DNA from: Camelus ferus
Lineage: Eukaryota
Reading direction: 5' to 3'
Assembly: GCF_009834535.1 (NCBI RefSeq)
Contig: NC_045697.1
Coordinates: 21,268,001-21,332,000 of the forward strand
DNA: 64,000 nt
Positions 1-11,053 of this stretch are shown in pieces; within the stretch, counting starts at the first letter, position 1, and the number at the start of each line of letters is the position of its first letter. Under the pieces are notes generated by a model, which was not told the DNA's origin, searched no databases, and saw only the letters and a program-made list of their open reading frames with translations. A program made the translations under genes and the position numbers.

Positions 1-1149
1 TAGTTCAGCACAAATGCAAGGTCATAGACATTCAGTGTTATCAAAGTCAAAACTATAACTCCTTGAAGAGAAACTCTGAAGTATGTATTCCATGAATAGT
101 AGGTTACATATTTGCTCTTTGCAAACCCAACGTTCATACATAGCTCTCCTACCCAGGAGCACTCTTGTTTTTGTTCCTCAGCATCTGAGTAAGTAGATTG
201 GATCTACAGTTTGACACTTAGACCTGAAAGAACAAAAACTGCCTAGTGTCTTATGCACTTTCTCATATTTTATTTTCTATCAAAAATATCTTCAGCAAAT
301 AATATTGTATTCAGATAAGGGTTTGAGGGAATGGTATCTTAGAGTCAGGAAAATGCGGAGGTTTGTTAGAGAAGAAAGAAGGTGGACCTTGAGCAGACTT
401 TTATTTTGCTGGCTATGGCATGAAATTGGGCAAGTTACTTAATGCTTAGGACCCAGAGATTATACATATTAGGATTAACAAAGCTTTATTGGCTTTTTTA
501 GTGCAATTCAAGCAAGAAGAGCATAGAGGGGAATCAGGAAATATCAGTTCACTCCCTGACTTATTTTGCTTCCTGAAGCTCAAGTTAGCCTCCAGTAAGC
601 CCAGCTCTCCAGGGTAGCATGCCCTAACAGGGGCTCTCCCCGCATGTCGCCTCTGCGTTTTTCAGACGTCAGTAGAAAGAAGTAGACATCACCACCTGAT
701 GTGTTTCTGAAGTAATAGAGATTTGGTAATATAAATGATTCAAGATAAATAACCAAAATGCAGTGTGAAAGGAGAGACCCTAAGTTACCCCTAAAATTAC
801 CTTTGCATGTGGATGTATAAATATGATTATCATGTTTCATTGGATGCTTTTAATTTTAAAATAATATGAAATGACACTGGTGTAACGAAAGCCTCATGTT
901 GTAATTCACCATTACAAAACTGTTAAATATAAATCTTTTCCTTTGTCCATTCAATTAAATAAAGAGAAGGAGAGAAAGAAAGAGATAATGAGAGAAAAAA
1001 ATATTTTTAGAGAGTATTATAAATCTTCAGTATAAGAATAACTTTTTATAATGGACTATGGAGATTTGTTTATTTAGATGGTACTTATATTAAAAAGTGT
1101 ACAGTACTATAAATGGTAGCAAAGTATATGTTTCTCCTTGAGTTAATGA

Positions 1150-1360
1150 TTATAGCTACCATTTATGGAATGGCAGGCAGAGTAGAAAGCACTTTATATT
1201 TTTATACAATCACCCCTGCAAACCTTCCTGGAAAAAGTATTTTAACATTTCTAGTACTCAAGTGAGAAATATAAAACTTAGAGCAGACATATAACTTACA
1301 TAGCTTAATATTATACATTGATTAATACTAGACCCTAATTTGTATCTGAATGAAGTGGAA
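1150..1360 (-). mobile_element. MIR SINE remnant
   Basis: Degenerate reverse-orientation MIR core (agctaccatttat...gagaaatataaaacttagag...aacttac). Confidence 0.5.
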
Positions 1361-1381
1361 GCCATTACTTTTAAAAAAAGA

Positions 1382-1613
1382 CCCCATAAGGCTCTCAGCT
1401 GATTTCTCTACACAAATGCTACAGGCCAGAAGGGAGTGGCAAGATATATTCAAAGTCCTGAATGAAAAAAATATGCAGCCTAGGATACTCTATCCAGCAA
1501 GGCTATCCTTTAGAATAGAAGGAGAGATAAAGAACTTCACAGACAAGCACAAACTAAAAGAGTTTAGCAACACTAAACCCATGCTAAAAGAAATACTGAC
1601 AGGTCTACTCTAA
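1382..1613 (+). pseudogene. L1 ORF1p C-terminal fragment (frame still open)
   Basis: ORF track 1350..1613; the first ~10 codons derive from flanking DNA and the rest is the L1 ORF1 C-terminal region. Confidence 0.9.
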
Positions 1614-2130
1614 ATAAAAAAGCAGCAGGATGCTACAAAAATGAGAAACTCATAACTGGAAGGGAGATAACTGCCGTGAATTACAAACAGAACAGTCACA
1701 AAATTGTAAAAGAAGACATCTAAATCATTAAGAGTGGGAGAGGGAAGCAAGGAAAGCCACTGTGGAAAACAGTATGGAGATTCCTCAAAAGACTAGGAAT
1801 AGATTTACCATATGACCCAGGAATCCTGCTCCTGGGCATATATCCAGAAGGAACCCTACTTCAGAATGACACCTGCACCCCAATTGTCATAGCAGCACTA
1901 TTTACAATAGCCAAGACATGGAAACAGCTTAAATGTCCATCAACAAATGACTGGATAAAGAAGATGTGGTGTATTTGTACAATGGAATGCTATTCATCCA
2001 CAAAAACCAACAACATAATGCCATTTGCAGCAACAGGGATGTTCCTAGAGAATGTCGTTCTGAGTAAGTAAGCTAGAAAGAGAAAGAAAGTTACCGTATG
2101 AGATCGCTTATATGAGGAATCTAAAATAAA

Positions 2131-2170
2131 TTAATTAATTAATTAATTAATTAATTAATTAATTAATTAA
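2131..2170. repeat. (TTAA)10 perfect self-complementary microsatellite inside the L1 3' region
   Basis: Directly visible. Confidence 0.95.
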
Positions 2171-3301
2171 AAACAGAAATGAAAAACAGAAACAGACTCA
2201 TAGACATAGAATACAAACTTGTGGTTGTCAAGGCAGGGTGGGTGGGAAGGGACAAAATGGGATTTTAAAATGCAGAATAGATAAACAAGATTATACTGTA
2301 TAGCACAGGGAAATATATACAAGATCTTGTGGTAGCTCATAGTGAAAAAAAAATGTGGCAATGAATATATACATGTTCATGTATGTCTGAAAAATTATGT
2401 TCTACACTAGAATTTGACACAACATTGTAAAATAACTATTACCCAATTAAAAAAAAATGTAAAAAAAAGAAATGGCAATACCTGGTGGCCTTCTCTGAAT
2501 GTGCTATGACAAGGAGAAACATTTTAAGACGTATCAGCTATATGTTTTCCACCTGAAAACCAACTTACAAGATGCTTTGGAGTCAAAATTTCAAGGTCTA
2601 TTTTGTTTTCATCCTTCTGATACATAATCTGATTTATTTGTAGCCTTCACACTATATTGTTTTTCTTGGCCTGATGTGCAATTTTAAATACTATGTGCAG
2701 CTAGGATATGTTATGACAAAAAGATATGTTTAAATATGCAATTGTTTTTAGTAGCTCACTTATTTCCTTATAGCTCAGTTTGATCTTGTCAGACATAATG
2801 TAGACAATTATAGCAGCAAAAATACAAATTAATTACACGTGCTCTTGATTTTTGATTTTGTGCTACCCTACAATGCAATGCGGTTTTGATTTCACATTTA
2901 AAAATCCTTAATGAATAATCCTCAATTTCCTTTATGCCAAGATAAAGAAATAAAGCCAGGTTTTATTATTCCTCAAATGTTTAATTCTAAGGGAATTTTA
3001 AAATAGGTATTAAACTAGTTGCAATTAAAATATCACAGACTTGGGGTGCAAATATAATCAAGTCAACATATACAACAACTTAGGAATAGTCAGTCTGGTT
3101 TATGTGGAACATTTATCCTACTATTCTAGCCCTTTGAAATATGCCATTATATAAAATAATTTCAATTTAAATTCACTTTTAAAATAACTATGACATACTT
3201 TTAAGTAAATTAACTACTGGCATGTTCAAGAGTATGGATTTTTTTTTTAACATTTTCCAGCATAGTGTAGAATAGAATCCATATGGCACAAAGACTTACA
3301 G

Positions 3302-3582
3302 GAGGGGTTGGCTAACTGTGGCCCTCAGGTCAAATTAATTGTCTTTTCTTACAAATAAAGTTTTATTGGAACACAGCCATGTCCATTAATTTACATGTTG
3401 CCCAAATGTATCCAACATTGATTCATGGTTAAACCTAACCCTAACCCTAACCCTACCCCTACTCCTAACCAAGGGTTAGACTTGAGTACGTTAGAGGTGA
3501 GTAGTTTATAACAGAGACAATACAGTCCACAAGCATAAACTATTTACTACCCAACCCTTTACACAAGCAGTTTGTTGACCTC
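3302..3582. mobile_element. MER58A-like hAT-Charlie MITE, interrupted by a telomeric insertion
   Basis: Left end aggggttggctaact, internal aaataaagttttattggaacacagccat and agtagtt...acagagac...tatttacta, right end agtttgttgacct. Confidence 0.85.
3434..3481. repeat. Short interstitial telomeric sequence (CCCTAA)n plus one inverted GGGTTAG unit
   Basis: cctaaccctaaccctaaccctacccctactcctaacc-aa-gggttagac. Confidence 0.85.
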
Positions 3583-3589
3583 ACGCTGA

Positions 3590-3846
3590 GAACGTGGGAA
3601 TTGAGTCAGAAAACATAGCTCTGCCATTTTATAGCTTATAACAGCCAAATTACATAACTTTTCTTTAACTTCACTTTTGAATTTTTATCTGTGGTTTTAT
3701 CTCTAAATTCTAAATCTACAATCTAAAGGTTATAATAATACTTATATCAGGCTAATCTGATATTTAAATGAAAGAAGGTAAATACATTGCTTAGTCTAGT
3801 ATCTGGAACAGAGAGGTTGCTCAGTAAATATTACATTGTTATTATT
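3590..3846 (+). mobile_element. MIR SINE remnant
   Basis: gagtcagaa...ctctgccatttt...ataataatactta...ttaaatgaaa...tgcttagtctagtatctggaacagagagg...ctcagtaaatatt...ttattatt. Confidence 0.65.
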
Positions 3847-5789
3847 GATGCTGTTTTTGTTCTTGTTATTTATGAGCTTTCCTCTTAAGACTGCCTTAGC
3901 AGAATTCACTTTTATGTAAATTATTAGATTGTCAACGTTTACATAATATAAAATATGAAATGATTAATGTAGTTCCGACATAGGCAAAGGGGCTTTCTTA
4001 CTGTGTTATTTTATCCACTAGAGTGTCATAGAAGTACATCATTTAAAAAATATCTTTATTTCTAAGGTTAATATATTTACAGGAGATTTTCTGGGCAAAC
4101 CTGGAGTTGACACGTTCAGCACCTGTAAAATACAGCTCATATATAGGTTGTGACTCTGAAGACATAAAAGTTGATTTGCTAATACTAGTATTTTAGGACA
4201 GGGCATTCGCCTTTTAGGAATAATGTTTTCTTTTACATAAAATGCACATTCATTAAATTCTCTGTGAAAGGACTAAATAAATAACCTTCCTAATGAAGGC
4301 TATGCTTCCTCCTTCCTCCCTGCAGAGTATAACCTAACTATAAACTGGAGCTATATTAAAAATAATCCAATAATAGTCTCTCATGCCATTTTTGAACACT
4401 TTTAAGGCCTGACAAAAGGGTCTTATGCTTTCATATTCTCTTCTAAATAATTGAGACCACCCTGCACATCATTCTTTGCACAGATGTCTACAGGGCTTGC
4501 TGCACTGAGGTGCTCTGGGTTTATGATTTCCTTCTCCTGCTGTCAGAGAGCAGTACAGGCACAGGTCACCTTAGGGGTAGGAGGCAAAGGGCTAAACTCA
4601 CAGTGGACAAAAGCCCAGGCCCAGAGGAACATCACTGCAAGGTGCTGCTGGGTAGAGGTCAATGCAGTGTTACCGACACGTCCACATATCTACATTTGGA
4701 AACCCACAACTAGACCTCGGCAGTTTCTAGACAATTGATGTTGAATTTTTTCAAAAGCTGGAATATTATGTCCTTTTGATCTTTCCATCTTTCCATCATT
4801 TGCATATAAGCAATGCCTTCACTATGTGAAATTACCCAAATAATTTGTTTCTTCTCAGCAAAGTTTCCATTACCCTGGGTAAAACAGTGATAGCTTGTTC
4901 TTTCTCAATTAATATTTCTAACCTTCTTTGAAAAAGCAGTGACCTAGAATCTTCCTTGTTATGGAATTTGTCTTCGCATTTGTTAAGAAGAGACGTTAAA
5001 CAACTTAGAATTACGTTAAGATGTGTAAGACTGTGACAGTATACATGGATCGGGAGTCTGGAGCATCTTACGAGCTGATCCCTTTCTGTATGCTAAGCAT
5101 GTTTCCATAGGTCTCCTGAAGAACTCAAGAGAACTTACTATTCAGCTTACCTCTTCAACCATTATTAACTGCCACATGAGAAAGTCAAGAATTCCCAGGG
5201 ACCCTTTTTTTAATTTAGATAGTGCTCCATATTTTTTTAAGTTTCTATAAATCAATAAGCACCTTACATGATTATTAACACATCTGGATGCTGACTATCA
5301 GAGTTTTAAAGGCACTCCAGAAGCAGCATTGCTTAATATTCATATTTGGTGTTCATATATAGCACAGGGTATTTTCAAGCAATTTACAAACTGCCAGGGA
5401 TCTGTGAGCCACTGATCAAAATTTATTGAAAGTTGAAGAACAAGAGAAAGTAAGAGAGCAATAACTAAATGGAGAAATGTGGTTTGTAGCCAAGAAAAAA
5501 ATCCTACCTCGTATTTGCTGCTCAAATGTTCTAGAAAATTAGATAGATTGTAGATTATTGAATACATTTTCCAGAAAACTACAGTAAAAGGGAAACAAAA
5601 GAGACAAATTTGCACGGAGGCTGAGAGGGCATTGATTATCACCAGATTACTCATTCATTACCTTTAACCTGTCTAAGTTTGAAACTACACTTTCAAAGAG
5701 TTGGAGAGAAAAGACAAAAGAGCAAGGAAATCAGAAGAATCTGTTGCCAAAGACAAGATGGAGATGACATCAGTGCGAATGAGAATTAA

Positions 5790-5845
5790 ACACGCACATG
5801 TGCACGCACGTACACACACACACACACACATACACACAGACACAC
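5790..5845. repeat. (CA)n microsatellite, imperfect
   Basis: Directly visible. Confidence 0.9.
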
Positions 5846-8419
5846 TAGACCCTACAACTGGGAGGTTTTGCCACGAAAGAGGAGCCTTTTAATGATCAAA
5901 TCAGAACATTAGGCATTAACTGGGGCTGACCCTATGCATCTGCAGGGAATGATCACCCTACATAAATTATGAGCAAGATCTTCAACCTACTAATTGCACT
6001 AATGTAGCAGCCAGATCACTCACAGTTTTGCATCAAACTACCCTACATACACATTTATCTAGACATAATTCATCTGACACTTTTTTAATCAAATTTTGTT
6101 TCAAATCAAACGTAACTCTTTAGAATTGTACTTTAGTGTTAACGTGGGATTCACGGAAAGCTTGCTCTCTGCCCCCTAAGTGTTCTCGTCCTTACCTTTG
6201 GCTCTGCTCCTGTATAGTTTAATTTGTGCCACGGGAAAGACATGCTCTGATTTGCAATGACTTTAATAACCTATCTGTAGGCAAAAAGGAAACACCTGCA
6301 GACACCTGCCAGGAGGTACATTTACAGTGAGGCACAGCCATATTCATTTGACATTTGTTTTGCAGGTTTTATTTCCAGTTGATGTGCTTCGGATCTTTTT
6401 TTTTTTCAAGTCTATTAGTCTGTACTTTTCAAAAGTGAAAACCGTTTCCTTGTTTTTTAACCAGACGCCTGACCCTTTTAGGTCCATGCCTTTTTTTTTT
6501 CCATTTCATCACCATTTATTTTCTTTTTCCATAAATCTAATATAGATGTTTTCACTCTATCATATTCTTCTGCCGTTCCTTTTCCCTCATGTTAAAATGA
6601 GTTCTCAAGAAGACCATAGATATTAGCTTCCACTGAATGTTTCTCACATACATCTTTTCATGCTTAGTTTTGTTTCAGTTCTCATGTGCAAAATGCTGCT
6701 TAACTCAAAACATAAAATATCTTTTAAATCAAGTAACACATTTATATTGAATATGTAAGTAGCCATGTGGATTTGGATAACAATTCTGTAGTAAGTTGTC
6801 ACCTACTTCTGCATTAAGTTGGGTTGTGGTCAAATAAATTGATCTAGGGACTGGTCCTCTTGCCTAAGCACGAACTTTGTGATCCATCTTTGCAAATACT
6901 ATCTAGGCAGCTGGCATTTTTAAATCAAAAGTTTAGACAAAAGAGTATTATCTGGAGACAATTCAAACCACAGACAACTGTTTGCTGTCCCCTGAATAGG
7001 CTGTTTTACACCACCACGGGATTCTCTCTGCCTGAAGGGATGGACCTTCTTCCTCAGCTTTAACTCCCTGCCAGCCTCATGACTCAACCCAAATGGTTCT
7101 TATTATAAAATGAGTTTTTTCAAGCTTGTTTTGTTCCTTTTCCTTTTCTCTCCTTCAGTAGAAGAATCTTTTTTTCTTCTTCATTTTTAAATCTCATCTG
7201 AAACACTTCTCTCAGGGTAAGAAAGTTCAGTCTTCAGGGCAATGACCTCAGCCCTTAATCCCACAAAATAAGCCAAAATTTTCTCCATGGTGCTTACTCG
7301 TTCATCTCCTCTGAGCCTCCCTTGACCCCAATAAAGTGGTCTGTCTTAAGTGCTGTCTCTGTGATTTTGCTTTTAACTTTTAATTGCACAGATTGATCTC
7401 GACAGTATTAATTTTCATAAAAACACTATTGATTTATTTATGGACCCAGAAATTACATGAAATGCTACCGCACATCTTCCAGTACCTCTCACAATCCTTG
7501 ACTATGTATTGTATTTCAGTATCTTGCCAAACTTCTTATGTATCATTGTGCAAATACAATGATTGTTTGTTAACTCTCACAATACAAACATTATTTCTTC
7601 TATAATTTTTGATAATTCAGCTTTTCAGTGACAGAAGTATATACCTTACATTGATGTATTCTCTAATTTGCCCTTTTCCACCATCTTTTCCTCTCCCCTG
7701 GTAAGATGTTCAATGATGTTAAGAAAAGACGAATTCCTTTACAACAAACTTTAAGAAACAGTGGAAACCTCATCTGAGAATTAAACAAGTTAACCAGTGA
7801 GTGAGGTTTGGTCATGTTTTGTTTATAGGATTTGTCTCATGATAACAATGAAATGGTACCTTAACATGATGATGCCATTACAATGAACACTAGGGAGAAA
7901 CTAGGTGAGTAAAACCAACCCACTTTGTGAACACTCAACCAGGTTGGGTAATTAGTTAGTCCAAGTCCCAATTAGAGCTACAGAAAGAATAATTGACCCT
8001 GTGACACCTGGTAGTCAGGCAGGATGTATTTAACTCAAATAAGTGAGTAGTGTTGTAGTCCTAGGCTATTTCTGCCCAGCCAAATAAGAGGGCCATGGTG
8101 GAAACTGGTTTAGCTAATTCAAGCCCATACGGGCCACATTACCTGGAAATTAACGTGTAAGTTGTAGTCACTTAATTAACATAAATAAATACAAAAACAA
8201 CATCAGTTTCAGCACACCTGAACAAACCACTACCCTAGACTCAAGAATGCTATCTTTTCTCCTCTTTGCCAGCTCTACTAAGATGTTAGGAACTGTAATT
8301 TCCAGGGTCCCTTACAAAGTCCAAGTTCCCCAGAGTACAAAATTATGCTAACTCTGTACATGAAAGATTTACTAAGGAAGAGAATCAGGAATATAATAGT
8401 AATTAGCTAGAACAGAGAG

Positions 8420-8585
8420 TTACGGATTATTACATATCACATTGTACAACCACCCTAAGAGGCAGGTACTGCTATTATTTTTATTTAAAGGCACAGGAAA
8501 ATAAAGACCAGAGAATGCTTGCATTCGGCCCAGGGAGTCATTGGTAGAAGCAAGATATGTATCATCAGTATTGTAGTCACAGAGA
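8420..8585 (-). mobile_element. MIR SINE remnant
   Basis: acaaccaccctaagaggcaggtactgctattatttttattt...aggaaaataaagaccagaga. Confidence 0.65.
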
Positions 8586-10025
8586 ACATGCTCTCAAGAC
8601 ACAGGTGATAGCTCCCCTTCTCCGTGTCTGTGTTCCAACTCCCTCCAGCTCCAAACTCCAGGAAGAACTGCATCAAAAAAAAATAAAGGACTTTGTTCCT
8701 GACAGGGCCAAAAAGGATAAACCACAGGAATGTTGCCTTGTTTCACAAGTGTGAATTGATGGAAAGATTTTTTTTTTCCCTCAACTAACACTGATCTCTG
8801 TATTTACAGCTGGACATCACCATCAGAACTAAGGAAGCTGCAGTGACCTTAAAACTTGCTCTTTCTTCCATTAAGTCGAATGGGAATCCTCATGCTCTAA
8901 AGGAAAGAAACACTAACCCTGTCTTAAAATCCCTTTCAAAAACAAAGAGTAATCAATAAAATCTAGAATACTAATGTAGTTGATGATGTTGGAGATGAAA
9001 GAAGCTTTCTGAGGAAATAATACATAAAGTTTTTTTTCCATAATTTGTTCCTTTGCCTTAAATTTCTGGACTGGAAAGAAAACATTATGTATGCAAGTGA
9101 AATGTATGTATGGGTTTTCTATTGAATAATAAATATCAAGATTTGCTCAGGGATAAGGCATTTAAAATATTCAAATTATAAAATCCTATTTTAGGTGAGT
9201 TAGTCTACTTTATTCTAAATTGAGCAAATTTTTAATTCAAAATTAAGTCAATGGTCTACTGAAATTGGTGCCTCAGCTTTCATGGTAGATGATCCTATGT
9301 TACAAAAAAGGGTGATTTTTTTTTTTTTTTTTTTTTGCAAAATCACACACACAATTTTTAAGTAAGTATTCCTTGGAAAGGCATTTAAAATCTTTCTGAT
9401 TCACTATGTATTATAGGATGACAGGGAATCATGCCTAGGACTGGGATAATAGCAGCATGGCATTTAAAACCCTTGCCAAGATTCTGTTGATCTGCAACTT
9501 CACATTCTTTCCTGAATTTTCATTAAACCACATTATTTCTTTCCCTCACAATAATATTTCATAATATCAATTTATCTTTTTCCAATGGACTAAGTTAGGC
9601 AAGTCAGTTCTTTTGATCCTTACCCTTCTGTCCAGAGTTATGATTAACCTTTCAAAGGTTGTTTGTTTTAATAGGTACTGTATGTCACCTTAGGTCTTTA
9701 AAAAAGAAAAGAAATAATATAAATCTTATATATGTGTCTTATTCCTAATTGGGACTTCCAATGAGCAGAAAACTCAAGGTTGAATCCTCACTGAACTTTC
9801 TTTCCTACGCCGCTCTCTATGATTCACTGAACCTGTACAGAGGGAAATAAAATCTATCAGGTTCCCAATAAAACTTGATGAGTTTTAGAACACATTCTAC
9901 GACTGCTCACTTAAGATATGCATTATACTGAGGTTATTACAACACTCACTAAAAGCTGACTAAATCCATTTCTACAAAACTGAGGCTTTTAACAGAGGTG
10001 TCAGTGTTTAAGAAGATGCTGTGGT

Positions 10026-10041
10026 TAGCGCCACCTATTGG
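10026..10041 (-). promoter_or_regulatory. Candidate CTCF binding site (strong match)
   Basis: Minus strand reads CCAATAGGTGGCGCTA versus core consensus CCASYAGRKGGCRS; retains a CpG in CpG-poor unique DNA. Confidence 0.65.
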
Positions 10042-11053
10042 TTGACTTTGCAAGTGTCACTTTTTCTGGCTGTTACGGTAGAAAATTATCAACGTTTCTG
10101 AAAACTAGAAACTACAGAAGCAATGGCCAGTCTAAATAGTAATCAATAAAATTAAGTGATGATTCAAAGAATAATGGGATAAACATACTGCTTTTCAAAT
10201 TATTCTCATTTTGTTCTTTGAAATTTTGAAAGACTACAATAAGAAACAGTTTTCTTCTATTCAGTTAGCTTTAAGGAAAAAAATAAATCAAGTGTCCGTA
10301 ATTTTATTTATTAGTTTTATCAGACAGCTATGAATATTTATACTGAGATTTCATCTTAGTGCTTGCTTTTCTCATATGCAAAGGTATCTGCTAAGAAAGA
10401 ACCACTCTCAAACGATCTAATATTAATTTTTGTGTCAGCATAATTCCAGAAGTAAATAATTTATTCAAAACTACCAATTCTAGAAAAATAAAACATTTGT
10501 CATATAATAATATCCTCATGGGTAAAATATTTCACAATAATCACACAGCCTGTGTTTATTTGTTCAGCAAATATTTAGCTCCCAGTTAATAAGAGACATA
10601 AAACATATGAGGTTGTTACACACACAAGGAAGAAACGGGGGAGGGAATAGAGAGAGAAGAAGAAGGGGAGAGGGGAAGATATTACAAGGTGGATGAAGTG
10701 CTATGACAGAAATAAAAGAAGTGATAAGGGCGAAATCTACCTGATGTACTTGGCTGTAGAGACAGAGGCCTTTCCACTGCTGACATTGCATGACAAGTAC
10801 CTCTGATTGTATTCTAGATTGTTGGAAGTCAATGCTAATTTCAGAGATAAGCTTCATAATGGAGATCCAATATGAAATCATTCCTTTGTCTTACGCCTGT
10901 AAAGAACTACACTGAGGTTTAGTTTTCTGGCCACAAAGAAGTCCCTGATTCAACTGAGAGTGTTCATTCCTACTGAACAACTCCTCCAAGCCACCTGGAC
11001 CAACAGGTCATTAATACACTAACGTTTTGAAAAATTCATATTGGAACTGTATG

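Larger units (their letters stand above)
1382..2461 (+). mobile_element. Camelid-type LINE-1, 5'-truncated and internally deleted: ORF1 C-terminus, inter-ORF spacer, ORF2 C-terminus, 3'UTR and A-tail
   Basis: 1382-1613 encodes PIRLSADFS...ARREWQDIFKVL...PRILYPARLSFRIEGEIKNF (L1 ORF1p). From 1757 it encodes PLWKTVWRFLKRLGIDLPYDP...IAALFTIAKTWKQLKCPSTNDWIKKMW (ORF2p C-terminus). Followed by 3'UTR and A-rich tail; probable TSD AAAAAAAGA at 1373-1381/2462-2470 at a TTTT/AAAA site. Confidence 0.95.

Noticed and set aside
3434..3481. Ancestral chromosome fusion site
   Set aside because: Only about six units plus one inverted unit, in CCCTAA-then-TTAGGG order (opposite to an end-to-end fusion), and embedded in a MER58A whose two halves are collinear.
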